From: Bacteroidota bacterium
Lineage (GTDB): Bacteria > Bacteroidota > Bacteroidia > Palsa-965
Reading direction: 5' to 3'
Length of the DNA stretch: 64,000 bases
Assembly: GCA_013289095.1 (NCBI GenBank)
Contig: JABDAO010000003.1
Location: forward strand, 1,690-65,689
The first letter of the stretch is position 1. Each line of letters starts with the position of its first letter. Both the position numbers and the translations under genes were made by a program. Below the pieces are notes generated by a model. That model worked only from the letters and a program-made list of their open reading frames with translations, did no database searches and was not told the origin of the DNA. Shown here piece after piece: positions 19,486 through 28,031 of this stretch.

Positions 19486-20069
19486 CTGACAATGTTCACT
19501 GATCCTTTAACAATACCGGTATTCTTGGTATTGTTCCAATCTTCATAAATAATGTAGAAATAGGTCCCACCATCCACCGGCAGACCGATGAGCGACAGTC
19601 CGCCCCAGGGAACATAGTTTCCTTTGTGTTCATAGACCACCTGACCAACCCGGTTGTAAACAGTCAATTGAAGATTGGGGTATAAAGAGGTGTTTGAAAT
19701 TTCCCAGGTATCGTTGATCCCGTCGCCATTGGGTGAGAATGCTATCTCGGGGGCAGGGTCGCAGGCGCCCTGGCTTACGATAAAGGCAACAGACGTATCA
19801 TGAGCACCCATATCCTGTACCGTTAAGGTATAGTTGCCCGGCCCGATATTATCAAGGCTCTGGGATGTACTGCTGTTCGTCCAGGTATAGGTATAGGGAG
19901 GAGACATCCCGCTTACCTGTACCAAAATGGATCCGCCCAGGCCACCCTCTTCTATACAGTTGGCCTTGCTCACCGTCCCCTCCACTCTCCACTGCGAAAA
20001 GCACTGAACGGTGAAGAGCTGCACGATGAGCAGTACGATGTAGCGGAACACGAGTTTTCTATTCTTCAT
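19482..20069 (-). CDS. Small secreted protein with a T9SS type B (gliding-motility-associated, CHU_C) C-terminal domain
   Basis: PPYTYTW (SprB-repeat-like), then FSPNGDGINDTWEI ... LTVYNRVGQVVYE ... YFYIIY. There is a 4-nt overlap with the downstream porP/sprF-like gene. Confidence 0.8.
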   Translation of the reverse strand: MKNRKLVFRYIVLLIVQLFTVQCFSQWRVEGTVSKANCIEEGGLGGSILVQVSGMSPPYTYTWTNSSTSQSLDNIGPGNYTLTVQDMGAHDTSVAFIVSQGACDPAPEIAFSPNGDGINDTWEISNTSLYPNLQLTVYNRVGQVVYEHKGNYVPWGGLSLIGLPVDGGTYFYIIYEDWNNTKNTGIVKGSVNIVR

Positions 20070-20776
20070 TCACAAAATTTATCCCTGAGTTCCTGGGCCA
20101 GCAGACTGCCCATGTCTATGGCTGTTTGAATATCCGTACAGGCCCCTGCTTTATCTCCGCTCATATAGCGTGCAGTGGCCATTGAAATATAGACTTCCTT
20201 GTTTCTCGAATCGAGTTCAACAACTTTGTGGTAATCGGTCAGGGCGCCTTCATAATCACCGTTGATGTCTTTCCAATACCCGCGGCTATACCAGGCTTGT
20301 GAATACTGGGGGTTCAAGGCAATGGCCTTATCCAGGTCATCGATGGCATCTACATATTCTTCCAGGAATGCCTTGGCGAGGGCCCTGTTGTACCAGGCTT
20401 TGGCGTTGACGCTGTTTATAGAAATGGCTTTGTTCAGATCACGGATAGAACCCCGGTAATCCTGGGCCTGGGCTTTTGCACACCCTCTGATATAAAATGC
20501 ATCAAAGGAGGTATGATTGACGGCAATAATCTTGTCAAGATCTGTAATGGCAGTGCGATAATTCCCATCCGTGCATTCTATCTTTGCCTTTAGATAAAGC
20601 ACACTGTCATAATCTGCTTTGATGGCAAGCGCCTTCATAACCTCTGCCATCGCGGCTTTACTGTCGCCCTGCTTAAGCTGTGTTTGTGCAGCGTGATAAT
20701 AATCGGCCGGGGCAGTTTGAGCGAAAGCCAAACTACGGCAGGTAAGAAAGAGATAAATGAGTACCGCGTTTTTCAA
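20066..20776 (-). CDS. Tetratricopeptide-repeat (TPR) protein, secreted
   Basis: 236 aa. Repeated A..YY.RG/A..K...Y..AI.D..KAI..NP units. TTG start. There is a 4-nt overlap with the next gene. Confidence 0.75.
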   Translation of the reverse strand: MKNAVLIYLFLTCRSLAFAQTAPADYYHAAQTQLKQGDSKAAMAEVMKALAIKADYDSVLYLKAKIECTDGNYRTAITDLDKIIAVNHTSFDAFYIRGCAKAQAQDYRGSIRDLNKAISINSVNAKAWYNRALAKAFLEEYVDAIDDLDKAIALNPQYSQAWYSRGYWKDINGDYEGALTDYHKVVELDSRNKEVYISMATARYMSGDKAGACTDIQTAIDMGSLLAQELRDKFCE

Positions 20777-20805
20777 AGGAGTGGTTGGCGTGTCGTAAAT
20801 ATAGA

Positions 20806-20845
20806 AAAAAACACCGAATAACCCTGACAGGTTTTTTCGGTGTTT
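20806..20845 (-). terminator. Probable purL terminator
   Basis: Stem aacaccgaa / ttcggtgtt. On the - strand the hairpin is followed by a T-run (the complement of gaaaaaaa at 20804-20811). Confidence 0.5.
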
Positions 20846-20885
20846 AATTCTTACTTTTTTTTAGCTGTAACAGCTTATCCAAGGG

Positions 20886-23117
20886 CTAGTTGTTCAATCT
20901 GTCCTGCAAGCTGTTTTCATACAGGTCACGTCCTTCTTTTACCGAACCCAGCGACTCACCATCCACGATCATTTCCTTACCCTTGATAAACCCGAGCTTG
21001 GTAAACTTGATGCCGTGTTTCCGGATCTCATCCACCAGCTTTACCTCATCCTCCTTACGAGCACTGACTACCACGCGTCCCTGGGCTTCTCCAAACAGGA
21101 ATGCATCCTTGCGGATGTTTTTATCGCTGTTCACTTCAAACCCCAGACCGGCCACAAAGGCTGATTCGGCAAGGGTAACAAAGAGTCCTCCATCAGACAC
21201 GTCATGGGCGGAGAGTATCAGGTTTGAACGGATCAGCGCTTTGAGGGCCTGATGCACGGCATATTCTTCATCCAGATTAAAATACGGGGCGGGGGTATTT
21301 TTTACCTGGTGCCAGGAGTAGAGGTATTCGGATGAAGCAATACAATCTCTGGAATCGCCCAGCATGTATATAAAATCGCCCTCGTGTTTAAAACCAAGGG
21401 TCATGAATTTTTCCTTATCGTCGAGAACACCCAGCATGCCAATGGTTGGAGTGGGAAACACAGGCCCCTCGAACGAACTTTGGTTATAAAAGCTCACGTT
21501 ACCGCCGGTAACCGGAGTCTGAAACTTAAGACATGCGGCGCTCATCCCTTTGATGGCCCCAACAAACTGCCAATACACTTCGGGATTGTATGGGTTTCCA
21601 AAGTTGAGACAATTGGTGATGGCGCTGGGCTCGCCCCCACTGCATGTAATGTTACGTGCGGCTTCGGCAACGGCTATGGCACAACCGATCTCGGGATCCG
21701 CATTTACATAACGGGAGTTGCAATCTATTTTCAGGGCTATGGCCTTGTTGGTTCCTTTAATATTTACGATCGCGGCATCGCTCGGGGCATTGGTACTCAT
21801 ATTGACCGTGCCCACCATAGAGTCATACTGGTTATAGACCCAACGCTTGGATGCAATGTTTGGGTTTTCGAGCAGGAAGTTCGCAACGGCCTTCAGGTCT
21901 GTAGGCTCGGCAATACTGTCGAGTTTAAATTTTTTCGATTCTGCGTAATAAGCAGGTTCTTTGTATTCACGTGTATAGACCGGAGCTCCTCCACCCAACA
22001 CCAGGGTATCGCCAGGCACATCGGCCACCAGTTCAGCATGCATATAGTAATGGAGCCGGTTTCCAGCCGTGACTTCGCCAATCTGGACACAGTTCAGGTC
22101 CCATTTTTCAAAAACGGCATTCACCTTTTTTTCCATCCCCTTTTTCACCACAATGAGCATCCGTTCCTGCGATTCAGAAAGCAGGATTTCAAAAGGCAGC
22201 ATATTCGCCTGACGGGTGGGTACTTTGTCGAGCCAAATTTTCATCCCATGTTCGCCCTTGGCGCTCATCTCCGATGTAGAACAAATGATACCGGCGGCGC
22301 CCATATCCTGCATGCCAATGACAGCCCCTGTGCGGATCACTTCGAGCGATGCTTCCAGCAAAAGCTTTTCCTGAAATGGATCGCCTACTTGCACTGCAGG
22401 CAGGTCTTTTGCCGAATCTTCGGTAATATCGGCCGAAGCAAAGGTAGCCCCGTGAATCCCGTCTTTACCGGTAGACGACCCCACAATGAACACCGGATTA
22501 CCTACCCCATACGAGGTAGCCGAAGCCGTTTCGCCGGCCTTGACCAGCCCTGCGCTCATGGCATTTACAAGCGGATTGGTATTGTAACATTCATCAAAAA
22601 ACACTTCTCCTCCAACGGTTGGTATCCCGAAGGCATTTCCGTAATCGCCTATTCCTTTCACCACGCCTCGGACGAGCCATTTGGTCTTGTCGAGTTTCAG
22701 ATCGCCGAAACGCAGGGAGTTTAATTGGGCAATAGGTCTGGCGCCCATGGTAAAGATATCGCGGTTTATGCCCCCTACCCCGGTGGCAGCTCCCTGATAT
22801 GGTTCAAGGGCCGAAGGGTGGTTGTGCGATTCGATCTTGAATGCAACACCCAGTCCATCGCCAATATCCACCAGACCTGCATTTTCTTCACCGGCTTTGG
22901 CAAGCATGTGCGGGCCGTCTTTGGGAAGGGTCTTTAGCCAGAGGATTGAATTTTTGTACGAACAATGTTCGCTCCACATCACTGAATAGATACTCAGTTC
23001 GGTAAAGTTAGGGACACGTCCAAGTATGCTTTTTATTTTTTCAAATTCCTCGGGCAGCAGCCCAAGTTTTTTTGCAGTATCGAGGGTCGGTAAAACTTCG
23101 TTCTTGGTTGAGGTCAT
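20886..23117 (-). CDS. purL: Phosphoribosylformylglycinamidine synthase subunit PurL (FGAM synthase II)
   Basis: Contains [39 protein letters not shown] and DMGAAGI. Start taken at the ATG at 23117; the ORF track extends to 23153. Confidence 0.95.
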   Translation of the reverse strand: MTSTKNEVLPTLDTAKKLGLLPEEFEKIKSILGRVPNFTELSIYSVMWSEHCSYKNSILWLKTLPKDGPHMLAKAGEENAGLVDIGDGLGVAFKIESHNHPSALEPYQGAATGVGGINRDIFTMGARPIAQLNSLRFGDLKLDKTKWLVRGVVKGIGDYGNAFGIPTVGGEVFFDECYNTNPLVNAMSAGLVKAGETASATSYGVGNPVFIVGSSTGKDGIHGATFASADITEDSAKDLPAVQVGDPFQEKLLLEASLEVIRTGAVIGMQDMGAAGIICSTSEMSAKGEHGMKIWLDKVPTRQANMLPFEILLSESQERMLIVVKKGMEKKVNAVFEKWDLNCVQIGEVTAGNRLHYYMHAELVADVPGDTLVLGGGAPVYTREYKEPAYYAESKKFKLDSIAEPTDLKAVANFLLENPNIASKRWVYNQYDSMVGTVNMSTNAPSDAAIVNIKGTNKAIALKIDCNSRYVNADPEIGCAIAVAEAARNITCSGGEPSAITNCLNFGNPYNPEVYWQFVGAIKGMSAACLKFQTPVTGGNVSFYNQSSFEGPVFPTPTIGMLGVLDDKEKFMTLGFKHEGDFIYMLGDSRDCIASSEYLYSWHQVKNTPAPYFNLDEEYAVHQALKALIRSNLILSAHDVSDGGLFVTLAESAFVAGLGFEVNSDKNIRKDAFLFGEAQGRVVVSARKEDEVKLVDEIRKHGIKFTKLGFIKGKEMIVDGESLGSVKEGRDLYENSLQDRLNN

Positions 23118-23436
23118 CACGTTATTTTTAAGGAGGAGAGCAAATTTACTCATCCGCCACCAGCAGGGGCCGAAAAATGCGTTTAATTTTCAACATTGCC
23201 CGGATACATGACCAATTCGTTAATTAAATACATTATTTACATGAAAAATTTAAAATTACGGTTCAAAATCGCTGTAAAATCCTCCTTTTTCAATACATGG
23301 AAGCCGGGCTGTTGTCATCGCCAAGCACTCCCTTTTGTTGTTCAACCAACCTGAGTTTCCATCAACTTTTGTATTGTATTCTTGCTGATCCTTCAGACAA
23401 TCAGCAGACTTCTTCTATCTTTGGCCCCGATTCACC

Positions 23437-24954
23437 ATGGAGATCTTACTGACGCTTACCTACCTCTTCCTTTTTATCTTTCTGATCTTCCGGATCCCCT
23501 TTTTTAAAACAGAAGGACTTAATCCAACCGGAATATCCATCATCCTGTGTCTTAAAGTGTTCTTTGGGCTGATCCTTTGGGCCATCTATTCCTTTTATTA
23601 CAAAGACCGGAGCACTGCCGATATCTTCAAATATTTTGACGACAGCAAAATCATGTTCGATGCCATTCATACACAGCCATCCGACTATTTCAGGATGCTC
23701 TTTGGAATCGGCAACAATACCCCCCATTTCGATCCATACTATCTGAAAATGAACAACTGGGCCCGTCAATACGAAAGCAATTTGTATAACGACAGCCATA
23801 CCATTATCCGTTTCAATGCCCTGGCCCGGCTTATTTCGTTGGGATATTATCAGGTGCATGCCGTCATTCTTTCTTTTCTTTCTTTAACCGGGCTGGTGGC
23901 CTTATACAAGTGTTTTGCTCCGATGCTGCCCGGCAGGAAGAAATGGGTGATCGGGTGTGTGTTTCTGTTCCCATCGGTACTCTTCTGGGGATCGGGCGTG
24001 TTGAAGGAAGGGATTTTGTTTTTAGGGCTGGGTATGCTTGTCTATTATTGGTTTAAGCTTTGGAAGGGTGAAAACCCAGCGCTAAGCCTGTTTTGGATTG
24101 TGATAAGTGTGATCCTGTTGCTGGTTACAAAATTCTATATCCTGGTATCGATTGCTCCCGGTTTGCTTTTTATTGCCTGGATCGTTCGGGGAGGAAACAA
24201 GCATCTGCTGATTAAGTTCGGAGCTGTCATGGTGTGTTATGCCGGTCTGGGTCTGGGAGTCAGGTATTTTGCCCCGAACTATGATCCGATAGAGGTTTTA
24301 TCGATCAAACAACGCGACTTTTCATGTCTTGCACGGGGAGGAGCGCTTTTGCGTTGCGATACAGCGATGGTCTACCTCACGCTCGATCAACGCAAAGTTG
24401 ATCTTGATCAGATCGGGGCTTCAAAAACCTATCATATCAAACAAGGCACATCCTTGGTTTATTGGCACGACTATTCTTCGGATGAGGATACGCTCTTTGG
24501 AAAACAAGGTCCGGCACAAGCCGTTTTTACAATCGATAAAGACATGGAACGTTCTGGAAGCCTCATCACCATGAAGCCCCTGGAACCTACCGTATCCTCT
24601 GTGCTGAGCCATACCCCGATGGCACTGGTTAACACCTTGTTCAGACCCCTGCCTACCGAAGCCCGCAGCCCCCTGCTCCTGATGCCTGCACTTGAGATCA
24701 TTGCCTACTCGGTGTTTATCCTGTTTTGTCTGCTGTTCCACCGTAAAAAGGGCGCCGGTATGGAGTACCTGCTGTTTTGTCTTTCCTTCGTTTTTATTCT
24801 GTATCTCATCACCGGTCTGACCACACCCGTGCTTGGTGCGATTGTAAGGTACAAAGTCCCGGGTATTCCCTTTTTACTGCTGGGTTTTTTGTTTTTGCTG
24901 GATGAAGAGAAGCTGATGAAGCGGTTTCGGGTTTTGAAGAGGATGAAGGAGTGA
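23437..24954 (+). CDS. Polytopic inner-membrane protein of unknown function
   Basis: 505 aa with more than 10 hydrophobic segments and a central soluble loop. No family was recognised. Its last 103 nt are repeated at 27309-27411. Confidence 0.7.
   Translation: MEILLTLTYLFLFIFLIFRIPFFKTEGLNPTGISIILCLKVFFGLILWAIYSFYYKDRSTADIFKYFDDSKIMFDAIHTQPSDYFRMLFGIGNNTPHFDPYYLKMNNWARQYESNLYNDSHTIIRFNALARLISLGYYQVHAVILSFLSLTGLVALYKCFAPMLPGRKKWVIGCVFLFPSVLFWGSGVLKEGILFLGLGMLVYYWFKLWKGENPALSLFWIVISVILLLVTKFYILVSIAPGLLFIAWIVRGGNKHLLIKFGAVMVCYAGLGLGVRYFAPNYDPIEVLSIKQRDFSCLARGGALLRCDTAMVYLTLDQRKVDLDQIGASKTYHIKQGTSLVYWHDYSSDEDTLFGKQGPAQAVFTIDKDMERSGSLITMKPLEPTVSSVLSHTPMALVNTLFRPLPTEARSPLLLMPALEIIAYSVFILFCLLFHRKKGAGMEYLLFCLSFVFILYLITGLTTPVLGAIVRYKVPGIPFLLLGFLFLLDEEKLMKRFRVLKRMKE
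24852..24954 (+). repeat. Left 103-bp direct repeat (3' end of the membrane-protein gene, including the stop)
   Basis: My hand alignment to 27309-27411 gives 99/103 identical, no indels, and both copies end in gagtga. Confidence 0.9.
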
Positions 24955-24998
24955 ATTCTATGCCTTGTCTATCTATCCTGTTTTCCCAGATTAACCGA

Positions 24999-25028
24999 TT
25001 GAAACTGTGTGGCAAATGCTTAGATTTG
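24999..25028 (+). promoter_or_regulatory. Bacteroidota-type promoter candidate for the ATPase/HNH cassette
   Basis: TTG at 24999-25001, a 19-nt spacer, then TAGATTTG at 25021-25028 (matches the TAnnTTTG -7 consensus), 22 nt upstream of the ATG at 25050. Confidence 0.4.
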
Positions 25029-25049
25029 TTAAGACATTAAGAAAACGAG

Positions 25050-26360
25050 ATGTATATAAAATCTGCAGAAATAACAAACATTCGCTCGGTCGAAAAGTTC
25101 AAGATTGAATTCAGTAATCCGGCCGGATGGCATGTATTAATCGGAGATAACGGAGCCGGGAAATCAACGATCATTCGTTCAATTGCACTGGCTCTTGTAG
25201 GGCCGGAAGAAGCATTGGGGTTGCGTGCAGATTGGAAGGACTGGCTAAATCGGCAATCGGAAGAAGGAGAAATTATCCTCTCGATTGAATCGGGAGATAT
25301 GGATCAGCATTCAGGCCAAAGCGCGAAACTAAAAAACAAGTTCATACCCAATATCATTTCATTTAAAAAAAACAAAGAAGCAGTTTCATTCACAACCAAT
25401 AAAACAAAAAAAACGGAAAACGGCACGCAAAAAGCAGCAAACGGCGTGCCTGATCCCATGAGATTTAACTGGGGGCATGGAAAGGGATGGTTTTCCGTTG
25501 CGTATGGACCGTATAGAAGATTTGCCGGAGGGAATCAAGAATGGACAAAGGTATATTATACCCAGCCCAAACTGGGTGCACATCTTTCCGCATTCGGGGA
25601 GGATGTCGCGCTAACCGAGGCAATCGAATGGTTGGTCAAACTTAATTATCAGCAATTAGAAGGTGATACATCGGCAGGGATCATCATTCAGGATATTCAA
25701 AAACTAGTCAATTCAGCTGACTTTCTTCCGCACAAGGCTGAAATTGAAAGCATAAGCTCAGAAGGTGTTATGTTTAAAGACGGCAACGGGTCGTTCATTC
25801 ATGTAAATCAGTTAAGTGATGGATATCGTTCCATATTAAGTATGACTTTTGAGCTCATCCGACAATTAGTCAGGGTATACAGTCCGGATGAGGTATTTAA
25901 AGCTATCCGAAGCGGTGTCATGAAAATTGACATGCCTGGTGTGGTACTCATTGATGAAATTGATGCGCACCTGCACCCTACCTGGCAAACCCGTATCGGG
26001 CAATGGTTTACTAAGTATTTTCCTCAAATCCAATTCATTGTGACAACCCACAGCCCTTTAATCTGTCGTGCGTGTGAAAAAGGATCGATTTGGCGTTTAG
26101 CTGCACCTGGCACTGAAAATGTATCGGGTGAAGTAAAAGGGATTGAAAGGAATCAATTAATTTTTGGAAACGTTTTGGATGCATATGGAACTGAAATTTT
26201 TGGAACAGAAGTAACGATCAGTAAAGAATCTGTGGAAATGAAAGAAAAACTGGTTGCGCTAAACAACAAAAATGAACTAAATCCGCTCCCTGACTCAGAA
26301 ATGAACGAATTAAAGCAACTCAGACTTATTTTTTCAACAGATGCTCCAACTTCCCTCTGA
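25050..26360 (+). CDS. ptuA: ABC/AAA_21-type ATPase, Septu PtuA-like
   Basis: 436 aa. Walker A LIGDNGAGKSTI, signature-like LSDGYRSILSMTFELI, Walker B VVLIDEIDAHLHPTWQ, H-loop FIVTTHSPLI. Overlaps the HNH gene by 20 nt. Confidence 0.7.
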   Translation: MYIKSAEITNIRSVEKFKIEFSNPAGWHVLIGDNGAGKSTIIRSIALALVGPEEALGLRADWKDWLNRQSEEGEIILSIESGDMDQHSGQSAKLKNKFIPNIISFKKNKEAVSFTTNKTKKTENGTQKAANGVPDPMRFNWGHGKGWFSVAYGPYRRFAGGNQEWTKVYYTQPKLGAHLSAFGEDVALTEAIEWLVKLNYQQLEGDTSAGIIIQDIQKLVNSADFLPHKAEIESISSEGVMFKDGNGSFIHVNQLSDGYRSILSMTFELIRQLVRVYSPDEVFKAIRSGVMKIDMPGVVLIDEIDAHLHPTWQTRIGQWFTKYFPQIQFIVTTHSPLICRACEKGSIWRLAAPGTENVSGEVKGIERNQLIFGNVLDAYGTEIFGTEVTISKESVEMKEKLVALNNKNELNPLPDSEMNELKQLRLIFSTDAPTSL

Positions 26361-27234
26361 TACTATTCAGGACGCTTCTGTAACTCATCTGCGTTCTGTT
26401 CAGAATAAAATTGTCAATGAGGCTACATTTGAGCTACAAGTCAAGAAGGCAGAATCAACGTGGAAGAACAAGAACTCCGGAAGAGGAAGAGCCCCTTTTG
26501 TTGACATCAAGAGCACGCTCAAAAACATGTGTATTGGCATTGAAATTTGTGTCTATTGTGAACAAAATGAAGCAACAGATATCGAGCACATTTATCCAAA
26601 AAAACTTTATCCTGAAAAGGCCTTTTCGTGGGAAAATTATGTACTGGCATGTGGCAAGTGTAATACACACCACAAATCTGACAAGTTTTCCATCTTTCAT
26701 CCTGCCAACTCAACTTCTGAAGTAGATATTACTCCTCCAAGAGGAATATACGTCAAACCACCGAATGATGATGCCTTGTTCATCAATCAGCGTACGGAGG
26801 ATCCGATGGAGCTATTAGAACTTGATCTCGTTTTAAACCTCTTTGTCTTTACTGAAAAATATCCGCCTGGTACCCGGGAGTATAAAAAGGCAGCATACAC
26901 GAAAGATTTGTTAGGACTGAATACCAGAGGTTCATTGGTTGCAAACAGAAAAAATGCCGCGCACTTTTTCATATCCCGGCTTGAAAAATATTGTAAGGCT
27001 AAGTCTTCCACAAATTTCAGGGAATTAATTCTTTTGGATCCAGACAACTGGGGCCATATTGATCAAACGCTGAGCTTTATGGTTGAGAAGCACCGGATTA
27101 TGGAGGCAATAAAAAAAGACCTTTTAAGTAATACACACCGAACCGTGTGGAAAGAATTGATCAGACAACGGTTAAAACTACCAAGAACAAATTCGCTATT
27201 AGATGCTGCTCCCGAGGCATTAAGCTGGATGTAA
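26341..27234 (+). CDS. ptuB: HNH endonuclease of the TIGR02646-like type, Septu PtuB-like, with a C-terminal extension
   Basis: 297 aa. CVYCEQNEATDIEHIYPKKLYPEKAFSWENYVLACGKCNTHHKSDKF gives CxxC ... H ... N ... CxxCN, a beta-beta-alpha-metal HNH core. About 170 aa of helical sequence follows. Confidence 0.7.
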   Translation: MLQLPSDTIQDASVTHLRSVQNKIVNEATFELQVKKAESTWKNKNSGRGRAPFVDIKSTLKNMCIGIEICVYCEQNEATDIEHIYPKKLYPEKAFSWENYVLACGKCNTHHKSDKFSIFHPANSTSEVDITPPRGIYVKPPNDDALFINQRTEDPMELLELDLVLNLFVFTEKYPPGTREYKKAAYTKDLLGLNTRGSLVANRKNAAHFFISRLEKYCKAKSSTNFRELILLDPDNWGHIDQTLSFMVEKHRIMEAIKKDLLSNTHRTVWKELIRQRLKLPRTNSLLDAAPEALSWM

Positions 27235-27308
27235 TACAACTGAATACAAAATTCAAAAGATTACAACACACGCTCATCATTTCATTTACCAGAGACAATT
27301 AAACGCTT

Positions 27309-27411
27309 CAAAGTCGCGGGTATTCCCTTTTTACTGCTGGTTTTTTTGTTTTTGCTGGATGAGGAGAAGCTGATGAAGCGGTTTCGGGTTTTAAAGAGGA
27401 TGAAGGAGTGA
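27309..27411 (+). repeat. Right 103-bp direct repeat (orphan copy of the membrane-protein gene 3' end)
   Basis: 99/103 identical to 24852-24954. The 4 substitutions are 2 synonymous and 2 non-synonymous when read in the gene frame. The stop codon is retained. Confidence 0.9.
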
Positions 27412-27486
27412 GAGAAGATTGAGCTCCCCCTTTAAAACACGAATAGAAGTTGCATAACTTTTACATCCTTCCAACAAATAAAGCCT

Positions 27487-27843
27487 TTGCCCATTAAAAG
27501 TCAGTTGCTGAGGCCTGAAAGTCAGAGGTCACCCGCGAAACTTAGTACTACGTCGCAGGAAAGTCCTCTGTCGCCCGAGAAACTTTCGAGGGCACCCACG
27601 AAATGTTCGTTGGCGCCCACTAAACTTTCGTGGGTGCCCACGAAAAGTCATACGGCGCCAACTAAACTTTCGAAGGCGCCCACGAAAGTTCTGACGACAC
27701 CCTCGAAACTTACTCTGGCGTCAGAGAAAACTCCGGGAGTGCCGGCGAAAAGTCCAACGTCGCCCGCGAAACTTTCGAAGAGGCCAGCTGAAACTCAGAC
27801 GATGAATTCGAAAACTCCGCGGATCGCCCCGAAAACCAGAAAA
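27487..27843. repeat. Tandem array C: about 17 degenerate units of 21 bp (approximate consensus cgcccacgaaaactttcgNNg)
   Basis: The aaa at the Lys-codon position recurs every 21 nt without indels over 14 consecutive units from 27529. Adjacent units form cccacgaaa / tttcgtggg inverted pairs. The 133-aa ORF over it (xPxKLSx heptads, TTG start) is probably a repeat artefact. Confidence 0.8.
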
Positions 27844-28031
27844 CTGATTTTCATTCTCTCCACATCAAACCCGTACTATGGGTCATAAACATCTGTTTTT
27901 TAGCCGATTACAACAGTCATTCTTTTTATCTTCCCTGCTGATTATTTTTCTACATTTGATCCCCTGAAGACAAAACCAACCCCGGTTGGAGGAATGCAAC
28001 GGCTTGTTTTTGACCCTTTAAATAACCTGAA

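Larger units (their letters stand above)
24955..27308 (+). mobile_element. Inserted two-gene ATPase/HNH cassette bracketed by 103-bp direct repeats (no recombinase)
   Basis: The cassette is delimited by the two repeat copies. It holds only the two overlapping genes plus their own promoter-like box. The sequence looks visibly more AT-rich than the flanks (not computed). Confidence 0.5.

Noticed and set aside
21384-22724. 446-aa ORF on the + strand.
   Set aside because: It lies entirely antisense to purL, whose - strand product carries unmistakable FGAM synthase II motifs. The + strand product has no recognisable motifs and an odd composition. It is a shadow ORF.
27487-27888. 133-aa ORF with APTKLSx heptads.
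   Set aside because: It has a TTG start, lies wholly within array C and has no signal or domain features. It is treated as a repeat-derived ORF pending expression data.
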